A stretch of 64,000 nt of DNA from Octopus sinensis (taxonomy: Eukaryota), in NCBI RefSeq assembly GCF_006345805.1, contig NC_043002.1, forward strand, positions 84,258,001-84,322,000. The letters are read 5' to 3'. Position 1 is the first letter of the stretch; every line of letters begins with the position of its first letter. Both the position numbers and the translations under genes were made by a program. The notes under the pieces are model-generated. The model did not search any database and had not been told where the DNA came from. It was given only the letters and a program-made list of their open reading frames with translations. Positions 38,422 through 51,586 of the stretch are shown one piece after another.

Positions 38422-38658
38422 GTAACCCTTTACCGAAAAATGCCTCTTCGGTCGCTGTCTCGCTTATGGGGAAAAGTAAACCAACTAGATCTGCCTGTTT
38501 TCATGCGGATACCTGTATTTCGGATATACATTTGGGCATTTGGCTGCAACATTGAAGAAGCAGAGGAAGAGGACTTGAAAACGTATCGAAATCTTGGCGA
38601 ATTCTTCCGCAGAACTTTAAAACCTCAAGTGCGGCCAATTGATGACATACATTTATTG
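38422..38658 (+). CDS. PISD: PISD conserved exon (237 nt, phase 0-0)
   Basis: tttag|GTA...TTG|gtaagc; VTLYRKMPLRSLSRLWGKVNQLDLP...YRNLGEFFRRTLKPQVRPI matches animal PISD [21 protein letters not shown]...YRNLSEFFRRKLKP. Confidence 0.97.
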
Positions 38659-39629
38659 GTAAGCAAGACCTTTCTTGGACATCTGTAATTCATTGCTGTT
38701 TATTTAATACTAGTAAGAATATTAGCAATTCTTGAAGAGGAAGAGACAAGAGAATTCTTTGCTTTTTTTTTTACTTCATTACTTTCACATGTAAACTGAT
38801 CAGATCCTACCTTTCACACTTATCTTACAATGTCATGTCATCAAAATCTTGAACTTATGGATGGTGAAATGAAAAAACAAAATGTATGAATAAATAAGCA
38901 TTACATTTGATAGAGTAATCTGGATGCAAAAGGATTAAATTGTAGATTCTCGATTAAGCTCCAGATCATGCTCTGATGAAGTAAGCCTATGATCAAAGGC
39001 TTTCTAGCCATGACTATCCCATCTTTTAGGGTTGTGTATATGACCACATAACTGATGTGACCCTACTCTTTTTTCAAAATGCTATGGGTATAATTTGAGG
39101 GAGATATGTCTGGTACAACGTGAGTGACCATGGAGAAGTTTCCTTGAGTTCTTAAATGCGAAATCTCTGAAATAGTTTTTCATTAGTCACTGATATCCTA
39201 TAACATTTTACTTTGCCTTCTTCCTCCTCTCTCTCTCTCTCTCTCTGCAATATTTGTGTCATCATTTGCAGTGCTGTTCAAACAGCATTAATAAATTATA
39301 CTACTGTTGTGAAACAAAAATATTAAAAATAGATTATAAATTTGTTATAAGTGTTATCAGAACAAATATTATTCTAGTATTCTGTCGTTAGTTTTTAGTG
39401 TTTAGTAATGACAAAAGGTTAGAAGTTTTCTTTACTGCTCATATCTCAAATCCGCTAAACCTCATTAGGTTTTTACTAAGAGATTAATTATTTCATTAAC
39501 AAATCATAAAAATAATCAATTTATCAAGTATCTGTTGGATTAAATCATTCTAGATCAGTAACCCCCTTCTTCAATGAACAATATTTTACAAAAGTCCAAC
39601 CGTTTTAATTTTTGTGAATAAGAAAAATA

Positions 39630-39970
39630 TGGCTGTGGTAAGAAGTTTGTTTCCCAGCCACATGGTTCCAGTTCAGTCCCACTGCACGGTATCTTGGACA
39701 AGTCTCTTAGCCTTGGGCCAACCAAAGCCTTGTGAGTGGATTTGGCTGACAGAAACTGAAAGAAGCCCGTTGTGTGTGTGTGTGTGTGTCCCCTCCCGAC
39801 TGTTTAACAATTAGTGTTGGTGTGTTTACATTCCTGTAACTTAGTGGTTCGGCAAGAGAGGCCAATAGAATAAGTACTAGGCTTTTAAAAAATAAGTGCT
39901 GAGGTTGATTAATTCAACTAAAAGTTCTTCAAGGTGGTTCTCTAGAATGGCCACAGTCTAGTGACTGAAA
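39630..39970 (+). mobile_element. SINE family A
   Basis: Head, body and 3' part recognisable. Confidence 0.8.
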
Positions 39971-40448
39971 CCTTGTGCTTAAAGCAGAAAAGGAAGGGTT
40001 GTTATTATTTTCTGTGGTTATTAATTAGGATGATTTTAAACAATATTTTTGCCTTCTAGTTTTTCATCTTTTTCAATCAATACTTTTTCAGAATTTACTC
40101 AACACTATAGCTGTGTAATTAAATGTAAATATAATAGGTTTTTGTAGAGTATAAACATATAATTACATCAATTAGTCACTGCGTTTATGCAAAGTTTTTC
40201 TTGGGCATTATAGAATGACAACAACTTAGATGTAGAACATCATTAATCAATATGATTTTACTATATCCTACTGTTTTTGTATTTTGTATAATAATTATAC
40301 AGGGAGGAAGATCAAAGCAAAGAACAAATCATTAACAAGTAGTAAAACAAAATAGTTGCTACACCCGGTTTAGTATGGCAGCTTGCATAGATCATCATCA
40401 TAATGTCCACTTTTTCATGCTTGTATGGGTTGAGTGGAGTTTATTGAT

Positions 40449-40837
40449 ACTCTTTTACTTGTTTCAGTCATTTGACTGCGGCCATGCTGGAGCATTGCCT
40501 TTAGTCGAGTAAATCGACCCCGGGACTTATTCTTTGTAAGCCCAGTACTTATTCTATCGGTCTCTTTTGCCGAACCGCTAAGTGACAGGGACGTAAACAC
40601 ACCAGCATCCGTTGTCAAGCAATGCTAGGGGGACAAACACAGACACACAAACACACACACACATACATATATACGACAGGCTTCTTTCAGTTTCTGTCTA
40701 CCAAATCCACTCACAAGGCATTGGTCGGCCTGGAGCTATAGCAGAAGACACTTGCCCAAGATGCCATGCAGTGGGACTGAACCCGGAACCATGTGGTTGG
40801 TTTGCAAGCTACTTACCACACAGCCACTCCTGTGCCT
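40449..40837 (-). mobile_element. SINE family A, full length, young
   Basis: Reverse complement of the 36486/51587 type. Confidence 0.9.
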
Positions 40838-41042
40838 ATGCAGTTTTTTTGTTTTTTTTTATGGGTGGAGGTTCTTCCTGTTTCCAAGCAAGGTAATATT
40901 TCCTCATGGTCAGACATGTTCTTGCAGAATACTGGAAATGAATAACACTGCTTATCTGACAGTGACAACCATATTACAACTATTGAAACAGTCTATATAT
41001 GGTTGAAGTAGGAAGAACCAAAATAGCTTGAAAGTCATAACA

Positions 41043-41490
41043 TGCCGGCAGGAAAATAACATCACTAGGTGAGACAGGCTGACTCTGAAGTAGCTTAACT
41101 GATTGACAGGCGATGGTCTCGTTTAGAGAATGCGTGGGCTAGGACTACGTGCCCTCCATTGGTCAGTTAAAGTTTAGACAGTGTCACATGACAACTTGCT
41201 GGGGCTGCCTGCTGGAGCCTAGCTGTGAGTATTTAAAGGGAAATTTGATAAGACAGTCGCCCACTGACACTCATTGACGCTGCATCGAAGAGGCCAGGGA
41301 ACAGAAGAAAGAAGACATGCACCCAACACCAGAGCTGAAGACACCTCCGAAAGGGGGTGGGCACATCAAAGTCGTAGAGAAGTAGGGGCTGAAACCGGAC
41401 GTGGTTCCTCCTGATGATGTCTTGAGCTAACGAGATCCTATAAAGGACCTGTTGTGGTAGCAGACTACGAAACATGGTTGAAATTCCTCA
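41043..41490 (+). mobile_element. LTR-like interspersed repeat, copy 2
   Basis: GC-richer ~450-bp block with TATA-like tatttaaa (41230-41237); homologous to 12355-12690. No TSD found, so the class is uncertain. Confidence 0.55.
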
Positions 41491-41519
41491 AGGAGAAAGA
41501 GAAGGAGACACACACAGAC

Positions 41520-41645
41520 GTTTTTCACTTTCTGTCTATGAAATCCACTCACAAGGCTCTAGTTGGCCCCAGACTATAGTAGAAGACACTTGCCCAAGGT
41601 GCCATGCAATGGGATTGAACCCAGAACCATGTCGTTGGGAAGCAC
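41520..41645 (-). mobile_element. SINE family A, 5' part
   Basis: 'aaatccactcacaaggct...gacacttgcccaaggtgcc...gggattgaaccc'. Confidence 0.75.
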
Positions 41646-41799
41646 ATAATGTAGCAAATTGGCCAAATCATTAGAATGATGGATGCAATACTTTCATGGT
41701 TTTTACTAGTGAGATTGACTTTGCCATTCAAATTTTACTTTTTGGTGGGGTGGGGTCAATAAAAGCAATACCAATCCATGGTGGTGGATTGAGGAACTG

Positions 41800-42450
41800 T
41801 TAGAGGATAATGTAACATCCCTTACAATGTCTTTTCTGAATTTTTTTGTTTTTTGTTTTTTGCATTTGACAGTAGTGTCTGATGCCTTTGATATTTGCAT
41901 GTATCGGCCCAAGTTGGTGGACTTTTCCTTGGATAAACCTCCACGGCATAGGGAGGGAAAATATGTAGATGCATAGTCAGTGTGAACCAACGGAGGTACT
42001 ATATTGCGTGCATAGTTAATAGGAGAAGTAAAAAAGGTATGTCACAATACAGGCCAAAAGAACCTAGACAGTCCTCAGTTGTATCTATACTGCTTGATAT
42101 ATTGAGAGCTATATACGTTCCATGGGAGAATGGCATACCAAAACGAAAAATTACCTTAATTTTTTTATTATTAGTGTGGCCTACATGATGGCATACCATG
42201 TCTCATGCAGTCTGCTTCTCAAAATGGTTGTTCATACCTAATCTAGAGGGAGCAGTGTCAGAATGTTCCGAAACTATAGTGATGTCCATTTGGCAGCTGA
42301 TGAAGGGAATGGAGCACATTGCAAACTGTATGTAAGATATTAGAACATGGGGAATATGAGAACAAGATTTCACTTCAAAACTTTTGGGAGTGGTAGGCGT
42401 AACCTGTTCCCTGGTTTAACACCACTGTCTGGTTTTGGCTTGCTCTGTTG
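41800..42450 (-). mobile_element. Highly degenerate LINE RT remnant
   Basis: Minus-strand GTYIALNISSSIDT resembles RT motif xxVxLDISKAFD, with a degraded GVPQG-like segment downstream. Confidence 0.35.
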
Positions 42451-42769
42451 CAAGCTTTTAGGTTGAGTCTTTAGTTAAATGAAAACTTCCTTCCACCTGG
42501 CCCGTGGTTCTGAGAAATGAAAAGTCATGAGCACTGCCCTTCCTCCACTGACTGAGCACTTAAAAAAATACAGCAAACTTATCAAATTGTCCATAAGTCT
42601 ATTGTTATAATTTTTATTTTTGTTTTCACCAAATGTCCTTATTTATGAACCTTCTTAGGAAATTTACTTCTAACTGCTTATCCTGCTATGAAGTCATTAA
42701 CCTCACTGTTATTACTAAGATCGTCTTTTTTTTTTTTAGAGATTTCCTTTTTCTTACCTCTTTCTCTTC

Positions 42770-42802
<33 letters not shown>

Positions 42803-43658
42803 TTTTTTCTCTCTTCTTTCTTTCAGTATTTTGGTGGGTGAAACTTAGAATAATAGTGTTTTCTTTTGAAAACCCATTGGAAAATTAGGCAACTGCTTGC
42901 TTCTGTTGCTGCTGTCTGTTTTTAAGTGTTCTTAGCTCAACAGAATCTGCTTTAGACAACACTGTTTTCGATAGCCCCAGATCAACCCTGACTGAACAGG
43001 CCTATCACCAAATAGTCTTCCAACTATGACCCTCTCATCTTCATTTAAGACAGTAAGGTGTCATTGGATTAGGAATTTGGCTGCTATTTCTAGCAAGCTG
43101 AACAACCATGTAGACATTCTCACATTGGCTCACAAGACATAATTCCTTTTGATTTGTTACATTTTGCATTATTTTTCTCTTTTCTAAGAATTTCAGGCTA
43201 AATTGTCCACAAATTCACTTCCAGGCCAAATATATCTTCTTTTTGTTTTGTCTTGGGAGGGTCATTACGCCAATATTAATAACACATGTATGGGTTCAAT
43301 TCCACTCCTTTATTCTTAGTCAGCTGTTTAAATATGTTATCTTCCCTAAACTGAGTTCCAAGACAAATGGAAAGAAAAGAAATGTTTAATTCTACATGCA
43401 AAACCTTTACCAAAACTTAATATGGTTTGATGATTTAGATTTCTTTTTTTTTCTCATTTGGATTAACGCGTACAATTAGACAGGTACCATTATGTTGGGT
43501 TATTACTCAGGATTGCAAAGTTGTACTTATTCAAGGTTAATATTTATGAGAGGCAAATCCTAAAAAAATCGCTGTGCAAGAGATAATGGGTTTTTTTCTC
43601 TATAGATGAAGAATAAATAGAAGGGAGAAATATGTGATCAATTTCTTTTGTTCTTTGT

Positions 43659-43700
<42 letters not shown>

Positions 43701-44699
43701 CTCTCTCTTCTCTTTTTGACTTTCCCTTTCTCATTTTGCCTTTCACTCTCTCATCCTACTCTCTCTTTCTCTCTCCCCTCTCTTGCTCTCTCTCTCTCTT
43801 TGTTATCTTATCCCATTCTCTCTCTCTATGTATCTATCTCTACCTTTCTTTGTCTCTTACTACGTTTATGCACCATGAGCATCTGATGTTATAGAAGGCT
43901 ATCCTGTCTTCCTGTCCAGTCAATAATGGCTTTTCCCACTAGTAAACATATTTAATATAATTTCCAGTCTCTACTGTATTGCGTAGGCGCGTTGTGTGGG
44001 AGGAATATTTTTCTACCAGCTGATGACTGTGCCCCCACTCCACACCTTGCACTCCTTTTACCTATCTTTCTCATTAAATTTCATCTGTCTGCTAGTCTCT
44101 CTCTCTCTACTTTCCACATCTCTATCCCTTTCTTCTTTTACTCTTTGTTTCTCCCCAGTATTTCTCCTATTCTTCTCTCTTCTTTGGTTGTTCATCTTGC
44201 TAACAGTTAAGTTCACTCTTAGCATATTATTTTTTTTTTTTTGATAAAGCAAGTGTTGAAATATCTAAGTAACCTTGTTCTAGTTGTCATAGAGACCTTG
44301 AACAGTAACAGGAGTGCAGCCCTGACACCATATCTACTGTTGGCAGTTTATCTCTGTCTCCTTGATTGCTTACATATAAAAATACCTTCACTATTACATA
44401 CTATGATTTCTTTCTGGATTTCTGACTCTTTTTTTTTTTAATAAGCAACTGTGTAATAGCTATGACATTGGAAGATCATACATATTTTAAACTCTCTCTT
44501 TTTCTATCATACATGCAAACACACACAATGTCACTCACACTTGTATGCACAATGTCAAAGCATACACGCACACAAACACTTTTTTTTTTACTTACTCTCA
44601 TACCTGTTTCAATCTTTGGATTGTGGTCATGCTGTCCCCTATACTTATTTTGTCGTTATCTGCTAGTCAAATCACTACAATTGAGGGAATGCAAACAGA

Positions 44700-44897
44700 C
44701 CAACAATGGTTGTCAAGTGATGTAAGAAAAGCATAAAGTTCAGACACATACGGTGGGCTTCCTTGCAGTTTCCATTGACAAAATTCTCTTACCAAGCTTT
44801 GGTCAGCCCCAGGCTGTAGAACAAGACACTTGCCTGAGGTGGATGTTAACCTAAAACCATGTAGTTGTCAATTGAATTTCTTAACCACACAGCCATA
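44700..44897 (-). mobile_element. SINE family A, diverged
   Basis: 'ggttgtcaagtgatg' through 'cttaaccacacagcc'. Confidence 0.6.
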
Positions 44898-45024
44898 TCT
44901 TTGCCTATAAGATATATACTAAGAAATATATTAATACTTATCATATTTCAATTATATTTGAAAACTGTGAAGGATTTAGTAAAGTAGTTTTACCATTATT
45001 AAGCTGGTGCCTGGGACAATTTAT

Positions 45025-45252
45025 ATATATATATATATATATATATATGTCTAGATATGTATATATTTATATGGGTGCGTATGTATATATATATATATAT
45101 ATTGCGAGGATAATCTGGTGCTTGACTGAGGAAAGAAAACTTCGGATGACCTGTCCTTGTTTTCTTTGTATTGTCTATCTGGATGTTTTGTTGTCCCTTT
45201 TTGTATCACCTAGCTGTCCGGATGTCTTGTGGTCTTGTCCCATTTTGTATTT

Positions 45253-45306
<54 letters not shown>

Positions 45307-45395
45307 TATATATATATGCATATGTGGGTGTATGTGTATATATGTGTGTGTATATATTTATGTATTTGTGTGTATGTGTACACACACACACGCAT
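45025..45395. repeat. Compound (TA)n/(CA)n/(TG)n microsatellites enclosing a short unclassified repeat
   Basis: Direct reading. Confidence 0.85.
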
Positions 45396-45707
45396 AGATG
45401 CTGTTGGAGAAAAATAATGTAAAACTGAAGGTGATAGTTGTGATGTCACCGATGGTTATATTGTTGGTGATGATGATGATGGTAATCTTTTAAACTCTGA
45501 CCATTTCCAAAATAATTCCTCCAAGACAAAATGTTTTTCTGAAAATTGTAATCTCTTCTTTTTATATATTTTCTTTTTCTTTTCACTATGTCTTTTATCG
45601 TATTGGTATTATTGATTTATGAAAAATATTTGCTATTCTAATTTTTTCTTTCTTTTATCTTTAATGATATTTGCAAAGAATAAGTTACATTTAAATATAG
45701 AATCTCT

Positions 45708-45739
<32 letters not shown>

Positions 45740-45878
45740 CTCTTTTATGTACACTGTTTTGTTCTATATTATTATGTTGACCTTAAAGTTTCTTATGTGG
45801 TGGTTTAATAAAGTATGTGATTGGGTATTATCTGGTAATTGATATTTGATTTGGATGTATTTCTCCATTTTCTTATTT

Positions 45879-45981
<103 letters not shown>

Positions 45982-46399
45982 ATTGTAAATATGCAGGTCA
46001 CGCAGGGATAAACGTGATTAGACTCCATGACATAAAGATCTAGCAATATGTGTGCCACATCAACAGAGATTCATGGCTGCAATTTGCGCCAGAAACGTTG
46101 CATGGCTACATGGCTACCTCACTTTGAATTATTCTAGCAGACTGGTTTACCATTGTCTGTCATATATATCTTATAATATCAATGTATAGAACTGTAGCTG
46201 ATTTAGATATTGTGCTTTGAGAACCATCTGTGCACATTGATATCAAAATAGCCTGTAGTATGTATGCAGATCTTGTCACTGGATAATGAATTTATTATCT
46301 TGCTCTGTTCAGTATTGTGGGGGGATTTTTTTTGTTTGTTTTTTTTTCCCAACGGTTACTATAGCATAGAAATTAACTATTTTGCTAATTGATGGTGTG

Positions 46400-47010
46400 C
46401 TTAAGAAGGCTGCTTTGCAGGCATGTCATTTCAGGCTCAATTCCACAGTGTAGCAGCACGTGCAAGTGTTTTCTGCCACAGCCTCATGGTAGCCATTGTT
46501 TTCTGAGTGGTAGATGGAAAGAGTGTGAAAATACATCACTCACTCTCTCTAACACACACGTCTTAAGAGTTTGCCTCTCTCATCAGTGTTAGTCCCCCCC
46601 CCCCCCCACACACACATGCATAAACTCTGTAACTTAGCAGTTCAGCAAAAACAATAAAAATGACTGATAGAATAAGTCCTGGAAAGGCAGCGAGCTGGCA
46701 GAAACGTTAGCATGCCGGGCGAAATGCTCAGCAGTATTTCCTCTGCCGTTACGTTCTGAGTTCAAATTCCACCGAGGTCGACTTTGCCTTTCATCCTTTT
46801 GGGGTCGATAAATTAAGTACCAGTTATGCACTGGGTTCGATATAATCGACTTAATCCCTTTGTCTGTCCTTGTTTGTCCCCTCTATGTTTAGCCCCTTGT
46901 GGGCAATAAAAAAAAAAAAAAAAAAAGAATAAGTCCTGGAGTTAATTTGATTGACTAAATTTTTCAGGGTGGTGCTCCAACATGGCTGCTAGACAACAAC
47001 TGAAACAAAT
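46400..47010 (+). mobile_element. Old SINE family A copy interrupted by a SINE C insertion
   Basis: The A body '...gatagaataagtcctgg' resumes after the insert as 'gaataagtcctggagtt...ggtggtgctccaacatggc'. Confidence 0.7.
46684..46926 (+). mobile_element. SINE family C, full length, with poly(A) tail and 15-bp TSD
   Basis: TSD agaataagtcctgga at 46669-46683 and 46926-46940; A19 at 46908-46926. Confidence 0.9.
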
Positions 47011-47062
47011 AAAAGAATAAAAGGAATGTGTGTGTGTGTGATAAAATTTAAAATATGCAAAA

Positions 47063-47100
<38 letters not shown>

Positions 47101-47669
47101 GGAATAAATACTTGAGTAAATTTTTCCGATGTCATTGCTATTACACTGTTGCTTTTAAAAGAAAATAAATGAGTCAGGAACCTGAAGAGAAATCACAATA
47201 TATGTCAAAGTGTTTTATTTATTCATTTTTTTTCATATACAGCTGAGTAACAGCCAACTGTCTATATCGGGGCTGTTTTCTATTATAGTTTTAGGTCTCT
47301 GTGACAACCAAAACGGGGTTACTTAGATATTTCAGAGTCCACTACATTAAAACATATGAAAACACATGCACTAACATGCACGCACACATACACACACACA
47401 CACACACACAGAGTTTGTGTGTGTTTATCTCCACATGTTTTTGCATTTTGTTGCATTGACACCACTTGGACAGTGAAATTTGCTTACATCCTGCATAAGT
47501 GAAAAGTCTAGTAGTTCAGCTGTTTAACATACAAATTCTTGATTACTTTATAAAAAAAAATTGATCGAATCACCTGGACAGTATATTTCATTAGGAATAT
47601 GATAATGATTGTGTTGATGTCCTATGATTTCTTATGTTGATCTGTATTGTAGAATACTAAGATTTCATT

Positions 47670-48161
47670 TCCGATCAATTCGATGACTGGCATCCGTGCT
47701 AGCGGGGTGCAAAGAGCAGCTATTCAAGTATGATTGTTACCAGCGTCGCCTTACTGGCACCTATGCCTGTGCTAGTAGGGTGCCAAGTGTACCATCCGAG
47801 CGTGATCGTTGCCAGAGCAGCCAACTGGCTTCCATACCCGTGGCACATAAAAGGGCACCATTCGAGCGTGAACGTTACCAACATAGCTTCACTGGCACCT
47901 GTGCCAGTGGCATGTGTAAAAAGATTCGAGCGAGGTCATTGCCAGTACTGCCTAACTGGCCCCCGTGCCAGTGGCACATAAAAAGCACCCACTACACTTT
48001 CAGAGTGGTTAGCGTTAGGAAGGGCATCCAGCTGTAGAAACTCTGCCAGATCAAGATTGGAGCCTGGTGCAGCCATCTGGTTTGCCAGCCCTCAGTCAAA
48101 ATCGTCCAACCCATTCTAGCATGGAAAGCGGACGTTAAACGATGATGATGATGATGATGAT
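47670..48161 (+). mobile_element. RTE 3'UTR fragment (variant subfamily)
   Basis: Hairpin modules, terminus and (GAT)n tail. Confidence 0.85.
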
Positions 48162-49840
48162 TATAAATCAAGACAAAAGACATTGGCATTCACTTTATAG
48201 ATATAAATAGTGGTACTAAGAAACTTAATATTTTTCGGTGCCTTTGATTAACTAATATCATCTTCAGAAAATGTTGCCTGTGATACAGGCATTTCCTGTG
48301 TTATGGAAGTGTTGTGTTCCTGAAAATCTTGCTGTTTGTAGAATTCCATAATACAGAACATGTTTCCCATTGGCTTCCATATTCTAATATGAAAACCACT
48401 GGAAAATAGGTTTCACATTATGGGCAGAATTTTCAGGAACACAGTATTTCTGTAATGTGGACGCTGTCTGTACTCATTTATTGCTATCAGTTTTTATTAG
48501 CTCTATCCTAATTAAGCAAACCTTTGAGCAAAGGTGTCATGGCCAATGCTTTTCTATACCCTCCTACCACCCCTGACATAATGTATATAAGACTATTATT
48601 TCAGGTGCTCTTTTGCTTTTATTATGGTACAGTGTTATTAGAGAAAAATGTAACTCCAGTACACTAATGTGTTCTTCCACATTTAAGACATTAGGTAGGG
48701 TTTGAAGAAAACATGACCTCGATGTGCTCGTGTGTGCTTCCATATTTAAGATATTAAGATGTGATTTGGTTAGGATTTGGTTACTGTTTTTTGCAATTCA
48801 AATGACCAGAAAGAGACTCCCTCGTTAATTTTGTCTAGTGATGAGAAGAAAAAAAAGTATTTTATTTTTAAATGTAAAGGAGTTTTTTTTCTGCTAAGCA
48901 TTGGTTTGATAAAAAAAAGAAACTGAAATGTAATCCTTGTGATGTTTAACATCTCTCAGATTATTGAAATGTATTAATGATATATAATGAGGTTATCTTC
49001 TGAATTTAGCTGCTGTTCAGCTGCCTTACGAGTTTTGTTCTAGGTGCAATAGTGCACTTATCAGTGTATAAACCAAGGAAAGAGATTAGTGTTTTTGTCC
49101 CACCCCTCTCACTGGGGATTGGCTATTGCAGGTCATCAAATAGGATTGAATCTATTACTCTCTCTCCCCCTCTCTCTCTCTCTCCCTCTCTATCTATCTC
49201 CCTCCCTCTCTCTCTCTCTCCCTCCCTCTCTCTCTCTCTCTCTCTCCTCTCTCTTGGTCAACATCATCTTATCTATAGACTAAAACTAAATATAATAGCG
49301 TTTGCACTGAAATATACCAGAGGAAGCAAGATTAGGATGGTGCTTTATACTAAATTTATGTTATTTGTTGTCTAGCCTTTGGTCATTCCGGTTCAAGCAA
49401 AGGCTTCCAATTGTGACAATCCCATCGTTTATTCTGACAATTCCATTTTTTGTGTCTTCCTTTTAAGAAGGTATGGTATAATTTGATGGAAATTTAGCTA
49501 TTTCTAGCAGGTCAGTTGACTGCACAGAAGCTCCTTTATTGGCTTGACTGAAGTCATTGTTAGCTGTAGCAAAAACTTGATTAAGCAGACCTATGATCAA
49601 ATGCATTTATTTCAGCCATGGTCGTCAGTGGTTGAGAGATCACATGGTTCTGTTAATTTGACTAAGTGATGTCATTGAGTAAAACTTCAGAAAACTCCTT
49701 TTAAAGATTTATGGCAGTTTATTATCTAATATTTTGGAGGTCAAATTATACCAAAGTGAAGTGTAATGAAACAAAGATTATACAATTAACCATAGAGTTC
49801 TGTGTTATTTATTATGGCACTGAACCTGTCAGCTTACCTT

Positions 49841-50372
49841 TTATTCTTTTACTTGTTTCAGTCATTTGACTGTGGCCATGCTGGAGCACCACCTTGAAAG
49901 GTTTTAGTCAAAGAAATCAACTCCAAGACTTATTCTTTGTAAGCCTAGTACTTATTGTGTCAGTCCCTTTTGCCAAACTGCTAAGTTACAGGGACATAAA
50001 CACATCAGCATTGATTGTCAAGCGATGGCACAGGTACAAACACAGACATAAATACATACATGCATGCATACATACATACATACATACATACAAGAATGTA
50101 TGATGCACTTCTATCAGTTTCCATCTACCAAGTCCACTCACAAAGCTTTGTTTGGCCCGAGGCTATAGTACGGTGGTTCCCAACCTGGGGTTCACGGACC
50201 CTTGGTGGTCTGCAAAGGTAGTTCTGGGGGGTCTGTAAACTAAATTCAAAATTTCATGCACAACTGGGAATCACTGCTGTAGTAGAAGATGCTTGTCCAA
50301 GGTGCCATGCTTTGAGACTGAACCCAGAACCATGTGGTTGAGCAGCAAGCTTCTTATCACACAGCCATGCCT
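49841..50372 (-). mobile_element. SINE family A carrying a nested hAT MITE
   Basis: SINE sequence 'cccgaggctatagta|...|ctgtagtagaaga' split at the insertion. Confidence 0.85.
50171..50276. mobile_element. hAT (Charlie-like) MITE, 106 bp
   Basis: TIRs cggtggttccca / tgggaatcactg; 8-bp TSD ctatagta / ctgtagta (7 of 8 match). Confidence 0.75.
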
Positions 50373-50506
50373 TGTTTATGTACTTGCTAACAAAGACAGA
50401 ATAGCTTCCTATATTGCATCAGTTACACTGAAGACAATTGCTTTGTTAACCAGAGCTACAGTGGAGTGTGGGGTTGTTTCTAGTATTGTTGAAACTAAAC
50501 AATTAA

Positions 50507-51058
50507 TCCTTTAACATTTAAACCGACTATATCCATCCGAACTAGAACCATCCGAACGTGGCCGTTGCCAGCGCCGCCCCGACTGGCCTTGTGCCGGTGG
50601 CATGTAAAAAGCACCATCCGTTTGTGGCCGTTGCCAGCCTCGCCTGGCCCCCGTGTCGGTGGCATGTAAAAAGCACCATCCGATTGTGGCTGTTTGCCAG
50701 CCTCGTCTGGCACGTAAAAAGCACCCACTACACTCACTGAGTAGTTGGCGTTAGGAAGGGCATCCAGCCATAGAAACATTGCCAGATCAGACTGGGCCTG
50801 GTGCAGCCTTCTGGCTTCCCAAACACCAGTTGAACCGTCCAACCCATGCTAGCATGGAAAGCAGATGCTAAACGACGATGATGATGATGATGATGATGAT
50901 CCAGCCAAATTTGGTCTCTCACACCAGCCCTACAATGACATTCAAAAAATTAAGTTGCATTATCAAATCCTCAAAGCTAGGACATAATGCATGATTAATT
51001 GAAAACAATATCAATAAATGAGCATTAAATTTGGTCGAGTAATCTGCATGTTAATGGG
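50507..51058. mobile_element. piggyBac-type MITE interrupted by an RTE fragment
   Basis: TTAA at 50503-50506 and 51059-51062; both halves homologous to the reverse of 8770-8988. Confidence 0.7.
50546..50900 (+). mobile_element. RTE 3'UTR fragment nested in a MITE
   Basis: Modules, terminus and (GAT)n tail. Confidence 0.85.
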
Positions 51059-51586
51059 TTAAAGGTAAATCCATTTGTCAAACCGTTTTCTGTCTCTCAG
51101 ACCTTCTAGACTCAAACTTTTTTTGTTGTCTTAGACCATATAGATGTAGCTGGTTATAAGGCTGGAATATATTTATATTGTACTTTTCTAATGGCATGCA
51201 AACAATCATCATTTTTATTTAGGAACTGTATTCTCCGTTTACACATGAAAATGCCTTAGAGATTTAAATATGCAAGTTAGAACTTTTGTACTTGTGTTGT
51301 ATGCTGATAGGAGTCCACATTCAGATGGATGATACACACCGCATGAAAAAGGTGGTGGTGTACCCGACAATAGAATTAAACCAAGGAAATTTGGAGGAAA
51401 AGGAGTTAGGTCAGATTTGACAACACTGGTCTTCAGAGATGGATGTGCAGGTTTGAGGTACAGGGAGAGACACTGTATTAAAGCTCTATTCAAACATGTT
51501 CCAATTTGGAAATGTAAACATTGAAATGGCTCAATAAAAATTATCTTTATTCCTTTTTGATTGTAAAAGTTATTGATGCAGTTGTA

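Noticed and set aside
41380-41490. Hammerhead ribozyme cores (CTGATGA ... GAAAC) in the LTR-like repeat
   Set aside because: Could not build stems I and II around the core in either copy; flanks that should pair are identical, not complementary
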